From Octopus sinensis (lineage: Eukaryota): a stretch of DNA of 64,000 nucleotides. Every line of letters starts with the position of its first letter. Position 1 is the stretch's first letter. The stretch lies in the NCBI RefSeq assembly GCF_006345805.1, contig NC_043012.1, positions 22,010,001 to 22,074,000 of the forward strand, written 5' to 3'. The position numbers and the translations under genes are program-made. Under the pieces are notes generated by a model that was not told the origin of the DNA, made no database searches, and saw only the letters and a list, made by a program, of their open reading frames with translations. Of this stretch, positions 46,891 to 59,809 are shown in pieces.

Positions 46891-47085
46891 ATGTCTGGCA
46901 CATCTACTATCTACGATATTAAGGAATAAAAAGAACAGGTACTTAAATTCTACTGTGACAGTGAAGTGCTTAAATCAAGAGAGAAGCGAAAAACCTTGCA
47001 CCGGTCGAATAGCGTCGACGGGGACAGAATGGTTCTTGAATGTATTAGGCATCACCGTCTGAGTGAAAAGTTTCCGCTAAATCGT
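46891..47085 (+). pseudogene. Pogo/Tigger (Jerky-like) transposase N-terminal fragment
   Basis: GTSTIYDIKE*KEQVLKFY..RKTLH..RMVLECIRHHRLSEKFPL resembles the CENP-B-type HTH motif STIYDIKK.K.KLLKF...RKTL. Confidence 0.65.
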
Positions 47086-47282
47086 CTCTTTATAATAACG
47101 CATGACGAATTTAAACTGACGACTCCACACGAATATTCATTCATCTGGTAAGTTGCTTAGCGTTTCCCCCGGTCGGGAAATTCGTTACAATATTTTGTTG
47201 TTATATATTTTTATTGTTTGCATGGCTCTATGTAAAACTCCAATGTCTTTTGTATTGTCCTAAGCGGATTTTGTGGTCAGTA

Positions 47283-47495
47283 AAGATGGCGAGCTGGCAG
47301 AATCGTTAGGACGGTGGGCAAAATGTTGCTAAGCATTTTTGCCTGTCTTTACGTTGTAAGTTCAAATTTTGTCGAATGTTTTCCTTTCATCTTCTCAGGT
47401 CCATAAAATAAGTACCAGTTGCAGTCGAGTTCTGGTGTCGATGGAATCGACAGACCCACCTACCCTCGAAATTGCTGGTCTTTTGCCAAAAATTT
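47283..47495 (+). mobile_element. Nin/Deu-type SINE, degenerate
   Basis: AGATGGCGAGCTGGCAGAATCGTTAG..TTTCATC..AAAATAAGTACCAGTT. Confidence 0.75.
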
Positions 47496-47653
47496 AAAAT
47501 CATCATCATCATTAATTATTTCTTTCATTCAATGTGTGTGTGTGTGTGTGCATACTCAACTAAACCCTCCTCGCCGCTGTTTTATAATTTATACTTGTAA
47601 CGTGTCCCCACCCGTCATCCTCGAAGCAATAAAATAAATCCTTGTTGCTGTTG

Positions 47654-47658
<5 letters not shown>

Positions 47659-47730
<72 letters not shown>

Positions 47731-47821
47731 ATTATTATTTGATGGCAGTGAATATAGTAAATTAACCTCACTGAAGTGAAGGAGGACATATATGGCCAGT
47801 TGATTTATAGACTATGTTTAA

Positions 47822-47891
<70 letters not shown>

Positions 47892-47900
47892 TATAATAAT
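47659..47900. repeat. Convergent (ATT)n and (AAT)n arrays
   Basis: (ATT)n at 47659-47739 and (AAT)n at 47824-47900. Confidence 0.9.
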
Positions 47901-49249
47901 GAAAAAAAAACGTAGAAAAATCAAGGATAAGTTTCAGCTCAACCGTTACTTACCGTTATTTTCTTTGATGTTATAGACGCAGTTCGCTTTTTAATAGGTG
48001 TATATAATATAAATAGGAGGTCAGTGAATAAATAAAAAAACAACAACCACAGACACGCATAGGCGCAATCACACGCTCATGCATTCACCTATACACACTT
48101 ACGTACATACACACATATACATATATATATATTATAGGTATACACAAATATATATTATTATATTTATGTATATATATATATGTGTGTGTTTGTGTGTGTA
48201 CGCATAGATATAGACATGTTATGTTATGAGCTATGGCTACTTGTGAATAATCATAAAAACTCGTTCCATATTTCTAATATATATATATAAACATATATAT
48301 ATATATGCTTATGTGTGTGACTATGCTCGCAACGGTGTGTATACATATGTGCACACACATACACACACACACACATATATGTAAGGAATTGTGTATCCAT
48401 ACGTTTTATACACTTATAGTTCGTCTTGTGAAATCAGATGCCGTGGTTTAACTACAGGGTTTTCGCTAGTTTGGATTGGGTATCGAACTGACTAGATTCG
48501 TCTTCTATTAGTGACTCATCATAGATCACTAAATTCTGCTTTACCATTTGTATTCCCACTCACACACACGAACGCACGCGCGTGCGTGTACACACACACA
48601 CACACACATAGTGAGCACAACGAGTATAGTCGATAGAATGCCGTAAATACTAAAACCAGGAGTAGAAAAATTCCTATTCCTGTCGTCAATACTAAACGCA
48701 GCTAATAGCAACCTAACGCAGAAGTAACGTCACGAAAGTTTACGTAAATTTCCATTTCTAGTTTCGAGTCTCCACAAAAGAAGATCATTCACGATTCAGC
48801 AATGATTACAGTGGCCAATCTCAATCCGCTATGTGTAGCGACCAAGCTCTTTTAAATCCTACTTTATCGAATTAAATAAAGCCACGTCGTCGCATTGATA
48901 ATGTTATCTTATGTAGCTCTGAAAGCATCTGATGGTCTTCGATCACAGGTCTGCTGGATCAGGGTTGATGTAGAGCTCAACAACAATAGCGACAGCAATA
49001 ACCCCTAGCTTAAGGCAACGACGGAGCTTCTACGTAGTCTCTTGCTGCTATAAACAGCCGTCAAATTTCATCCATATCAAAGCCTATTGCCCTAAAAGAA
49101 GAAGAAGAAGACATTGGATTTTGTAGCTCTAGGTACATTCGGCCAGAAAAGAAAATATGGGATGGCAGTGTCTGGAACAACTTCGATGATAAACCTGCCA
49201 TACCTCGGCTAAATTCGGGTCAAATGGCAGCAACAATGGTGACTTCAAA

Positions 49250-49450
49250 TTTTAAGAGGAAGGGAATAATCAATTATATCAACCCCAGTATTTGGCTGGT
49301 TTTTATTTTATCAATCACTTAAAAGAATAAGGGTCAAATTTTAAATCGACGGGGTTTGAACTGAGAACCTATAGAGCCAGAAGAAATATCATTTTGAATT
49401 TTTTCCCGGCGTGCAAACGATTCTACCAGTCCGCCAGCTTAGAAATGGCA
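49250..49450 (-). mobile_element. Degenerate Nin/Deu-type SINE
   Basis: ATCAACCCCAG..TTTGAACTGAGAAC..AACGATTCTACCAGTCCGCC, reversed. Confidence 0.55.
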
Positions 49451-50647
49451 GAAATAAAAGTAAAAGTCTAAGAAAACAGATTGCTTCGTTTACAAAGTGT
49501 TTCACAATATTGTATAGCTGGATTAACGAGTGTAAAGCTGGATTAACGTATGTAAAGCGTTTACAGATATATAGGGTCTGTCTGACATACTGACATGTGA
49601 CAGGCACTCTACTGCACACAGTATCTGCACACATGCTATACATTGGTGTACGGCAACCATCTCCTACATACAATTGTGAACGAATACATACATACATCTA
49701 TATCAGATACAGCATAGTGTACGAGAAGATATACAGAGGAAAGTATACTGATGGAAAATAAAATTTGACGAAATGTAAAAAATTAGTTGCAAGCTGAATT
49801 GATCGAAACCATATTAAATAGAACGAAGGATTTGCTCACAGAAATGTATTTATTACATGTCGTAAAAAACGGTAGAAAAGCATGGAAATATGTAGAAACT
49901 TAATGCCGACTAATTCTTAACCATTAAGTTTAAAATGATTGGAAAAATGTTTTTATTGAAATATTTTCATTTCATTTTCAGTCTATGGATGTTTTTTTAA
50001 CACGCAAATGTATACATGGTGTCTTATAATAATGGAACACATTTTAAATGCATGCAACTAGGGATGGAACAAGCAGGAGCAAATACGCACAATCTTGTAA
50101 ATTGCAAATACAAAATGTGCCATCATTATGAGACACCATGCATATATAAAATGTGTGTGTGTGTGTGTGCGTGCATGAATTCCTTTATACAGGTACTCCA
50201 ACAATTTTCCGGTAACTGAGTGTCCGGCATCTCTTTTATTCGGATAAAATATAGTGGCCTCCAGTCTATTTCACTACACAACCGCTGGTGGCGTTGTGTA
50301 CCGAGTATTTACATGCATTACTTAGACTGCACTTGTTAGCGTAGGTACCAAAATTGTGAGAGATTCTCTGCTTATATAGCTTGAAGTTAGTCACTCTTAG
50401 CTACGGCTACGGCAGGTAAGAAAACTGAGAGCGTTAGTGATCGTGTGAAATGTAAAGTACCAACCCAAAGTGATCCAAGATAAAAAGTGGAACTACTTAT
50501 TGATGAATTAATATTGATTACGGACGGTTTTGGACCAAGGATACCAGGATACTCAGGTGGTAACATGCATATATATGTATGTGTGTGTGTGTGTGTGTGT
50601 GTGTAGATGCGTCTATTTATTATTTAAAGGACACAATACATATCTAA

Positions 50648-50703
50648 GTGCTACTAATAGTTTCACATGTTGAGAAATATCTCAAACATATTCATAAGGG
50701 CAC
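50648..50703 (-). ncRNA. Degenerate minimal hammerhead (G5>U)
   Basis: GTGC(C)-CTTATGA-ATATGTTTGAGA/TCTCAACATGT-GAAAC-TATTA-GTA-GCAC. Confidence 0.4.
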
Positions 50704-50963
50704 GAATCACATATAACGAATTAAAAAATTGATTGAGAGAAGAAACGCGAAAAAGTTGGGGAAGACAGCATATAGAAAACACGGGAGGCTAAAAAGGCGG
50801 AAAACAGAAAACGGAAATCGAAAACGTAACAACTAAAATGTTAAAAGTAAAAAAAAAAAAAGGGGGAAAAGTTACCCTCCTTAAACCTTAAATTATAAGG
50901 CTGGAAAGATATCAGCAAGTTAGGGATAGGCGGAATTTTCCAATTCTTCAAAATATATTTATA

Positions 50964-51135
50964 CACAGGAGTGGCTGTGTGGTAAGTAGCTTGCTTACCA
51001 ACCACATGGTTCCGGGTTCAGTCCCACTGCGTGGCATCTTGGGCAAGTGTCTTCTGCTATAGCCCCGGGCCGACCAATGCCTTGTGAGTGGATTTGGTAG
51101 ACGGAAACTGAAAGAAGCCTGTCGTATATATATAT

Positions 51136-51199
<64 letters not shown>

Positions 51200-51408
51200 T
51201 GTGTCTGTGTTTGTCCCCCCTAGCATTGCTTGACAACCGATGCTGGTGTGTTTACGTCCCCGTCACTTAGCGGTTCGGCAAAAGAGACCGATAGAATAAG
51301 TACTGAGCTTACAAAGAATAAGTCCCGGGGTCGATTTGCTCGACTAAAGGCGGTGCTCCAGCATGGTCGCAGTCAAATGACTGAAAGAAGTAAAAGAGTA
51401 AAAGAGTA
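50964..51408 (+). mobile_element. Full-length young CORE-SINE with an expanded internal (TA)n(TG)n
   Basis: Nearly identical to 22952-23362. Confidence 0.92.
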
Positions 51409-51652
51409 TATATATGCGACCGCTGAAAATTTCAGACCCAGAGTTCAGTAGTTACTAAATTCGAACCGTTCGATAAGTCGAATGAGAACTTAAAATATGT
51501 GAGCCGAGGATCCAACCACTCGGAACATCCCAAACAAAGCGTAATAGAGTAAGTATCCAGACTATCTGCCGATGAACAAACATTCGATCTGCACACCAAA
51601 TATTACAACTCAACATTAGCCAGAGCGGGATATAAGGATAGAATAGTATATA

Positions 51653-52167
51653 TCTATATATATAAAACTGTAGTTGTGTGAGTGTCTGTCCCCTTCGATT
51701 TAGATTCCTAACTCCTCCCACATTTTGCGGTGCAGTTTAACCAAATTCGGGTATCTTATAGTCGTGATTCATATCGAGCCCGTCTGAGTATTAGCGCGCG
51801 TCTACGATGAGTCTACGATTTTAAAAATAATTTAACATCATTTTTTATTCCATTTTAATGCATAATTTTTCGTGTGTCGATGGCGGCGGAGTTGGCGTCC
51901 ACGCTCATATCTGCACCTGTGTTTGCTTCTCCCCCTTCTTCCCTCCCTCGTTAAGCTGTGGGGAAGGGAGTGTAAGAAAATCAACGTCGTAAAGCGTTGT
52001 CAAGGAGACCAGCGTTCTTTTAGAACAACGACTTCATGGCTTGAAGGCACCAAAACAGAAATGGCTAAGAAAGCCCGAATTGGCATCTATAAGGGAAGTA
52101 ACTCTCTAAAAATGCTTATATAGTTATTTCCCTTACAAACCCGAGCAACGCCGGGTGATACTGCTAG
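51653..52167 (+). mobile_element. Non-autonomous Helitron
   Basis: A|TCTATATATATAAAA 5' end, CCCGAGCAACGCCGGG hairpin and CTAG|T 3' end. Confidence 0.87.
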
Positions 52168-52835
52168 TACAGAATAAAACAGAGAAAGCACGATACCCAG
52201 AGGGCATTATTAATAGTGGGGATAATCATATAAACGACCGCAGGAAACCAGAACTTAGAAAATCTGTAAATGTAACAGAGACCAAAGGGGAAAGGAAAAT
52301 CTCATAACACTAAAAGGATAGATATAAAACAGAACCAACGAAACTGCAGCCAAAGTTAGAAAGAAGGGCACCGTTAAACGCCGATAGAAATAATGATAAA
52401 GCAGTAGAACTCACTAAAAAACTTAACATATGTATTAAAAAGAATGGGAAAATAACTGATGAAAGTATTTGGTTTAACCCAATCTTTAATTCACAACTAA
52501 AATCTAAAGTAGGCCAGGAATTCTTCACAGCATTAGATAGGCATTTCCCAAGACCATCCAAATATCACAAAATCATCAACAGGCAAAAATGTAAAATTAG
52601 CATACGCGACCTCTTACAGTCTAAAATAGCATATGCACAAACTAAATAATACAGAACTAAATAGAATAAAACTCGAGGGGAAATACGAACCAACCGCAGC
52701 TAATAACACTATGTACGACGATGGAAGGATTGCAAGTAGGGCTAATAAAAGCTCATCAGTAGCAAAAACTGGTGGTATAGTGTATAGCAACAAGGAAAGA
52801 ACGCAAACAATTAAACAAACAAATATTTAGGATGC

Positions 52836-53144
52836 TATGTTTGTTCCTTCTCGAGCCACCTCTGGCTCATAAGGGCCGGTTTCCCAGTTTCCTTGGCGTA
52901 TAGGTTCCCCCCTCCCCCACCCCGTCGCCGGTCTGTCGCAGGTGAGCTGCAAGATGCAGGAGGAAAGAGTGAGAGAAAGATATGGCGAAAGAGTCTGCAG
53001 AAGTTTCGCCATTACCTTCTGCCGGAGCCGCGTGGAGCTTAGGTGTTTCGCTCATAAACACACACATTGCCCGGTCTGAGATTCGAACCCGCGATCCCAC
53101 GACCGCGAGTCCGCTGCTCAAACCACTAGGCCATGTGCCTCCAC
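52836..53144 (-). mobile_element. SINE family 3 with tail X and an 11-bp TSD
   Basis: TSD ATTTAGGATGC at 52825-52835 and 53145-53155. Confidence 0.9.
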
Positions 53145-53534
53145 ATTTAGGATGCAATACACTATACCACCAGAAACAATGAAAAGGTCACCGTAAGAAA
53201 GCATCATTTATCAACTGAGTGAATAAACCTCAACAGCCGATGACTATAGTAGCAATACCGGAGGACCTGTTGGCTTCAGAATTTATTGAAGATAGTCATG
53301 CCTTAAATGAGATCAAATACAAAAATGTACGACCCATCCTTAACATCTGCTGAATGAATAGCAAAATTAGTCCAACCCTAACCCTACACACACCTCCATC
53401 CCTATATAACTACCATGCCTTCGCTTTCCCTCACCTTCCCATCTACCCCACCAAATACCCACATAACTCACTCAAACTTCGCACTAGTCAAAAGGGATAA
53501 GCATCCCTCTGTTGAGCATCCATTAATGTTATAA

Positions 53535-53654
53535 CGCCTGAAGAAATGAATCCATGAAGATAATCTACTCACGGATACTACGGACCACACTAATCATCCC
53601 AGGAATACAGACTGTGATCTAAGAGACATGTGATTTGTGGAAACGCGCGTAGCG
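53535..53654 (+). ncRNA. Type I minimal hammerhead ribozyme (intact core)
   Basis: Stem I CGC/GCG, core CTGAAGA (53538-53544), imperfect long stem II, GAAAC-GCGC-GTA. Predicted cleavage is after A53651, within the palindrome ACGCGCGT. Confidence 0.65.
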
Positions 53655-53839
53655 ATGCATTTAATGCTTATAAATTCCATCCAAGTATTATTGTTATTAT
53701 TATTATATTTATCCTACATGATTTCAGTACAACTCGATGCAACCCCAAGAAACTGGTTCACCAGTTAGCTTCATTAGACTGGTCGGCAAAATGGATTTGC
53801 ATATTCAAAATATTTCACATATATATTTTACATAAATTT

Positions 53840-53954
<115 letters not shown>

Positions 53955-54727
53955 GAGAGAGAGGAGGTGTAGTAGAGAACGGAAGCAAGTGAGTGAAGAG
54001 TTCTTCAGCCTGAAGACCCAGCAGACAATTCTCGCCCCAGTCATAATTGATTTCCTATTTTACAGATGAAGATGATGAGATGATGGCGAGTCAGAGTTCA
54101 CGCCACCACGTAAAGGCAGCTCTTCTCTTGGGAAATTTCTTCACCTTCAAACAATTGATACCGGTTTTTGTTACAAAAATTCTTCACACGACCCTCACCG
54201 GTGAACTTTATAGAATGACATTGTCCAACCAAATCTATCAACAGATAACAAATCTACAAGAAAGCTTTTAGATAGAAAATTTCTCCGGAAATGTAATTAG
54301 GAAACTTTTGGCAAAAGCGAAAATATTGTGTTTGCTTTAAATGTTTTGATTTTATGTTCTTCTGCTACATAAGAAGAATTCGTTAAATTTCTTGGGCTTG
54401 TCATCAGAGGATAAAAGATCTTTGTTTTTGCTCTGTTGAGTTGGCGTGTGTACTGCTTATAGTAAATATACACACACACGTATGTATACATTCACGCACC
54501 TAAACACCCAAACACACAAATACGCATACATATACAAATATATGTTATGTATGCCTTTGTATGCATACGTAAACAATAATTGCTGCCTGGTTGAATAATT
54601 GCAGCTATTATTAACACGTATGCTGTTAAAATCATTCAATTAATTTCATTTTATTATTTTCTAATCATACCATACACATCGTTACAAAACAAATAGCAAC
54701 ACCAATGACGGCAACGATGATAATAAT

Positions 54728-55402
54728 CCTTTCTACTAAAGGCACAAGGTCTGAAATTTGGTGGGAAGGAGACTAGTCGATTACATCGACTCCAGTGCGT
54801 AACTGGTACTTAATTTATCGACCCCGAAAGGATGAAAGGCAAAGTCGACCTCGGCGGAATTTGAACTCAGAACGTAACGGCAGACGAAATATCGCTAAAC
54901 ATTTCACCCGGCATGCTAACGATTCTGCCAGCTCACCACCTTTATAATAATAATAATGATAATAATAATTCTTTCTACTATAGGCACAAGGTCTGAAATT
55001 TTGCGAGAGGGGACTAATCGATTACATCGAACTCAGTACGCAACTGGTACTTAATTTATCGCCCCCGACAGGATGAAAAGCAAAGTCAACCTCGGAGGAA
55101 TTTGAACTCAGAGTATAAAGACGGACAAAATGCCGCTAAATATCTTGCTCGGCGTGCTAACGGTTCTGCCAGCTCGCCGCCTTAATGATAACAATAATGA
55201 TAATGGTTTCAAATTTTACAACAAGGGCAGCCATTTTGGGGGAGGGGTAAGTCGATTACATCGACCTCTGTTTTCACTGGTGCTTAAATTATTGACCCTA
55301 GGCAAAGTCGACCTCGGCGGAATTTGAACTCATAACGTAGCGGCAACGAAATACTGCTAAGCATTTCGCCTGGCATGCTAACAATTCTGCTAGCTGGCCC
55401 CC

Positions 55403-55441
<39 letters not shown>

Positions 55442-55561
55442 TAATAATAATAATCCTTTCTACTCTAGGCCCGAAGCCTGAAATTTTGGGGAAGGGGACC
55501 AGCCGATTACATCGACCCCAGAGTTTTACTAGTAGTTAAGTTATCGACATTCGAAGGATGA
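54728..55561 (-). mobile_element. Four head-to-tail Nin/Deu-type SINE copies separated by (TAA)n
   Basis: Copies at about 54728-54942, 54970-55183, 55205-55402 and 55455-55561 (the last 5'-truncated). Two tail types occur. Confidence 0.92.
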
Positions 55562-55858
55562 AATAATATCTCTAAAAACTCTCAAAATACAAAAATCTGG
55601 AAATAGAGATAGTCTGAATGTGGAGCCTAAAAACAGAAACAATTCCTATATACATGACCAAAGCACCAGCACTTATGAATATATAACACAGTAAACAGCA
55701 TTACTGCACATATCTTATGTAAATCACCTTCGATAAGTGACTATAACATCGCCAAAACAAACCACAGCACATACCCAAAGCACACAGAGCTGCGCTCTGT
55801 AGTGCAGTGAAAGCATGTAATAAAAATTAGACTACTGAATAATAATGATAATAATGGA
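55562..55858 (+). mobile_element. R4/Dong family A 3' fragment
   Basis: LSKYKNLEIEIV*MWSLKTETIPI, and a 3' UTR CACAGCACATACCCAA.GCACACAGAGCT.CGCTC matching the reverse of 43200-43290. It ends AATAATAATGATAATAAT. Confidence 0.8.
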
Positions 55859-56074
55859 CTCTCCAGTCGAAGTATGAGTGTTCAGCTTTTGCCAAACGAC
55901 TTGCACAAATAATTTATTTCTGGTAATCAAATGTATGTGCCACACATTAGCTCACCCCCTCCATCAAATCGACATTGTCTGAACAGGTGCACTATCTACC
56001 ATGCGTCAGGTGTCGGATTGCAGAGCAACGCAAGATGAAGTGTTTTATTCAAGAACACAACGCTCCACTCGGTC

Positions 56075-56696
56075 TAGGTATTGAAACAACAACGAAATGG
56101 TGCCGTATTGTTTGTTCCTCGCTATGTACTCGGTGTCAACTCTGATGCACCTCAGCGCCGGTTCAATATCTACTTGGGCTATTAAAGCCACACTTTTCGT
56201 CTCTGTTGCGATGCATCTGAAAAGCACCGTTCTTCTCCACTGCTTCAATTGCCTCTGACGGAATTAGTAAGGTTGGCCCAAGTTTGTTCTTGTTTAATCA
56301 GTTTCCATGCCTGGGCCAACATTTCATCTCTATTTGTAAGGTTCACGGTGAAGCGTTGCTCTTTTTCGCTGCTGCTGCAGTTAACGTGTTTTCGTTGTTG
56401 CTCTTTTTGTTGCTGTTGTGACTTTTGGTATTGTAGCCGTTGTTGCCATCGCTGCTGTCTCTTTTGCTGTTGTTTCTATCACTACTACTACTATTGTCAG
56501 TGCTACCGCTGTTGCTGCTACCACTGCTGTTACTACGCGGTGGATTTTGTACTGTTCCATTCTCGTTTTTCTCCACCACTTCTCCTGTATTGTTGCCAGT
56601 AACGGGAGGAAAAGGAGGAAAATCTTCAGCAGTCACCATATTCGTGGGAGGGACAATTTTCTTTTCTCTCAACTCTTTCAAGACGCGCTCCGCCAT
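56075..56696 (-). pseudogene. Possible LINE (Tx1/L1-like) ORF1 N-terminal remnant
   Basis: MAERVLKEL..EDFPPFPP, a low-complexity N/S linker, then after frameshifts WRRTVLF..VDIEPAL..EYIARNKQYGTISLLF. The family assignment is inferred. Confidence 0.4.
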
Positions 56697-57059
56697 CGTG
56701 TTCAGTTGTGTTTGATTAAATTAAACCGAACTTATTTGGTGAGTCGAATATAACCCCTCGAAGGGCTAGACAACCATAGAAAACCAGTAACAGGTTCTTG
56801 GTGTTTCTTTTGACAACTTGGAATAAAAGAAATAATGCAAAAAAGCACCAAACCGGTGTAAATAAATGTTTTAAGTTGCACCAACCCGGAGCACGATTCG
56901 ATTGTAATAGATATTTTATTGGTTGAACGATATTTCAACAGTAAGTCTGTCTTTGTCAAGATGAAAATAATTCAAAATTATAGAAATTTAAATGTAAAGT
57001 ATGAACGAGAGCAACTAGCGTCAACACGCTGATGGAATGACATCATCAGTATTTAAATT

Positions 57060-57385
57060 TCAAATTTATTACGGGTTTACTGGAAACATGCAAATGCTTT
57101 TGTACGTCATTATGTCAAACGCGGTTTCAGTGAATCACGATTAAAGGAAATAGCAAATGAAATAGCTAAAATTAGCAAAGATAGTCAAACCTTCACGCAT
57201 AATTTTAGCAAACACAATACAATAGATGACAGAATTCCTTTCGTGATTAACTGCCACCGAAATTTTGCTGGCATTTCAAGTGTTGCATAAAATTTACCAG
57301 CATGTGGCGAAAAATATCCTCGCTTCAAACAGATATTTCCTCAGCCGCCTATTGTGGCCTTTAGACGGAATAAGAATATGAAAAT
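57060..57385 (+). mobile_element. Penelope-like element linker fragment
   Basis: RIPFVIN..FKQIFPQPPIVAFRRNKNMK resembles the PLE motif IFP.PP.VA(Y/F)RR.KNL. Confidence 0.65.
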
Positions 57386-57859
57386 TATTGACCTCCATTT
57401 CTTACTCCAAGAAAACGAACATTGGCTGGGTACTTTATTCTCATTTCTCTCTATCCTTTTCATTCCTTCTCCCAAGATGAATTACGTTCCAACCTCCTCA
57501 CCTTCCACATTTCGACGACTATCAACGCTACTACAAACACCGTAGCCTCGTCAGTTCTTACAATACAGGAATATCGTATATCGAGATATTCAAAGAATAA
57601 CAGATTCGAGAACAAGTTTCTAAAGCAGTAAATGTGCTGGGGACGGAGTAGGATGAATGCCTTGGGTCGACATTGTCTCTGATGGGCTGTCATAAGCAAG
57701 AAACAAGCAAAGAAGATCAAATAGATAATTACTGACGCATTTTGTTTAATTTTAATTTCTTCAGCCATAGGACTCATAAGGTCGCTTACCCAGTTTCTTT
57801 GCTGAACAAGTGGTTATGATCACAGCACTCTTCTGAACGGGACGCTGACCTGTTGCAAT

Positions 57860-58130
57860 TTTGAAAGGAAAGGACAAGTCGATTACAACAATCAAAGTAC
57901 TTGGCTGGGTACTTTATTTTATCGACCTCGAAGGAATGAAATGCAAAATCAACCTCGGCGGGATATGAGCTCAGAACTTAAAGTGCAGGAAGAAATAACC
58001 ACTAAGCATTTTGTTCGATTGCTATAGGATAATATCATCCAATGTGTAAGACGGTGGATTGGCAGAATCCTTGGAGTGATGGATTCCTTGCAGGGTTCCT
58101 TCTGACTGTGTGCTCTGATTTCATTGACAA
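57860..58130. mobile_element. Two degenerate, divergently oriented Nin/Deu-type SINE pieces
   Basis: TTTATCGACCTCGAAGGAATGAAA..CCTCGGCGG (minus strand) and AAGACGGTGGATTGGCAGAATC (plus strand). Confidence 0.55.
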
Positions 58131-58269
58131 GACATCGGTTGACCTATTGCTTTAACAGAAACCATCCGCCTAAGGTGCTGTGTTGTAGGACGGAACCCGA
58201 AACCATGTGGTTGTGAAGCGAACATTTTTAATACAGAGCAATGCCTGCGCCCATTAATATTTGGTCTGT

Positions 58270-58621
<352 letters not shown>

Positions 58622-58780
58622 GTACTCATTAAATTCATGTTATCAAATTTCTGGCATTGTTCCAACATAATTCATTGTTTTTGTTGTTATTGTTTTCTCT
58701 ACTGATGTTGGTTTTGCTATTGCTGTTGTTGGTGGTGAGGATGGTGTTGGTGGTGTTTGTAGGAATGGCGTTAGCGTTGG

Positions 58781-58893
58781 CGGTGTTTGTAGTAGCGTTG
58801 ATAGTCGTGGAAATGTGGAAGAGGAGGAGGTGAAGAGGTTGGGACGTAATTCATCTTGGGAGAAAGAATGGAAAGGATAGAGAGAAATGAGAA
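58781..58893 (-). repeat. Inverted duplicate of 57438-57542
   Basis: About 105 bp at roughly 90% identity by eye, with one short indel. Confidence 0.85.
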
Positions 58894-59765
58894 AAGATAG
58901 GGGGAAAGGAAGAGATGTGAAATAGGACAGAGAAGGAGAAAGAGAGGAAGCGAAAGAACGAGAGAGAAAGAGAAACAAACGAAGGAAGAGAGACATGGAA
59001 GAAGAAAATGAGAGCGATGGAGAGAAAGAGAGAGAGAAAAGAGAAAGAGAAATAGGGAGGGAGAGAGAGAGTAGGAGAAGGAAAAAGAAACGAAGGAGGA
59101 GAGACAAAGAAAGAGGGACAGAGGAGGTGAAAGCACGAGGGAGGGAGGGAGAGAGAGAGAGAGAGAGAGAAACAGAGGCCTCACAGAAAGAGTGAATTAG
59201 CAGAATGAGAGAGAAAGAATTGAATGAGGGAGTAAGGTAAAAAAGATAAAGAAGGATAGCGGAAGACAGGAAGAGAAAGAAAGTGCAAAAGGGAAAGAAA
59301 GAGAGAGAGAGAGAGAGAGAGGGGGGGAGAGTGAGGGGGAAGGAGAGAGAGAGGAAGAAAGAATTAATGCAACATTTCCTTCCATTTATTTTTCTTGTTT
59401 TTTTTTTATTTTTCTGCTTCCGCCGTCGCCGCCGCTGACGACGACTAATAAACTGTTTCTTTCTGATTATTTCACTTTAAGGGGTCAAGGTCAATGTTAA
59501 GGGTCTACTGTGAAGAAGACGGTTAAAAATGGGAGCTAGCAGGTGATCTTTAATGGGCTCTTCCTTTGTGTGTTGGGTCCTCCTTCAGCTCTGTGACTGT
59601 CTATCTGTCTCTATATGTGATGGATACGTGTGTTTGTGTACGCATGTGTGTATATATGTGTGTGTATATGTGTGAATATTTGTATATTTGTATGTATATG
59701 TGTATGTATGTCTGTATGTATGTGTGTATGAATGTGCATGCATACACACAAACACACACATTCAT

Positions 59766-59809
<44 letters not shown>

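Larger units (their letters stand above)
52200..53760 (+). mobile_element. Penelope-like element remnant, interrupted by a SINE and ending in a hammerhead-bearing pLTR
   Basis: SIWFNPIFNSQLKSKVGQEFFTALDRHFP..YHKIINRQKCKIS (52450-52610) resembles the PLE motif IWFNPPF...IG..FL.L.DKHFP...HKIFNR..K.S. Hammerhead at 53535-53654. Confidence 0.72.

Noticed and set aside
50401-50415. 15-nt microexon-like sequence CTTAG|CTACGGCTACGGCAG|GTAAGA
   Set aside because: The pyrimidine tract is short, the surroundings look like a decayed DNA-transposon remnant, and it is on the opposite strand to the best exon candidate. Only RNA-seq could rescue it.
54064-54271. Strong plus-strand acceptor followed by DEDDEMMASQ..
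   Set aside because: No convincing donor or homology; left unannotated.
54728-55561. Regularly spaced repeats with short spacers (CRISPR-like at first glance)
   Set aside because: The units are ~200-bp SINEs and the spacers are TAA repeats. The context is eukaryotic and there are no cas genes.
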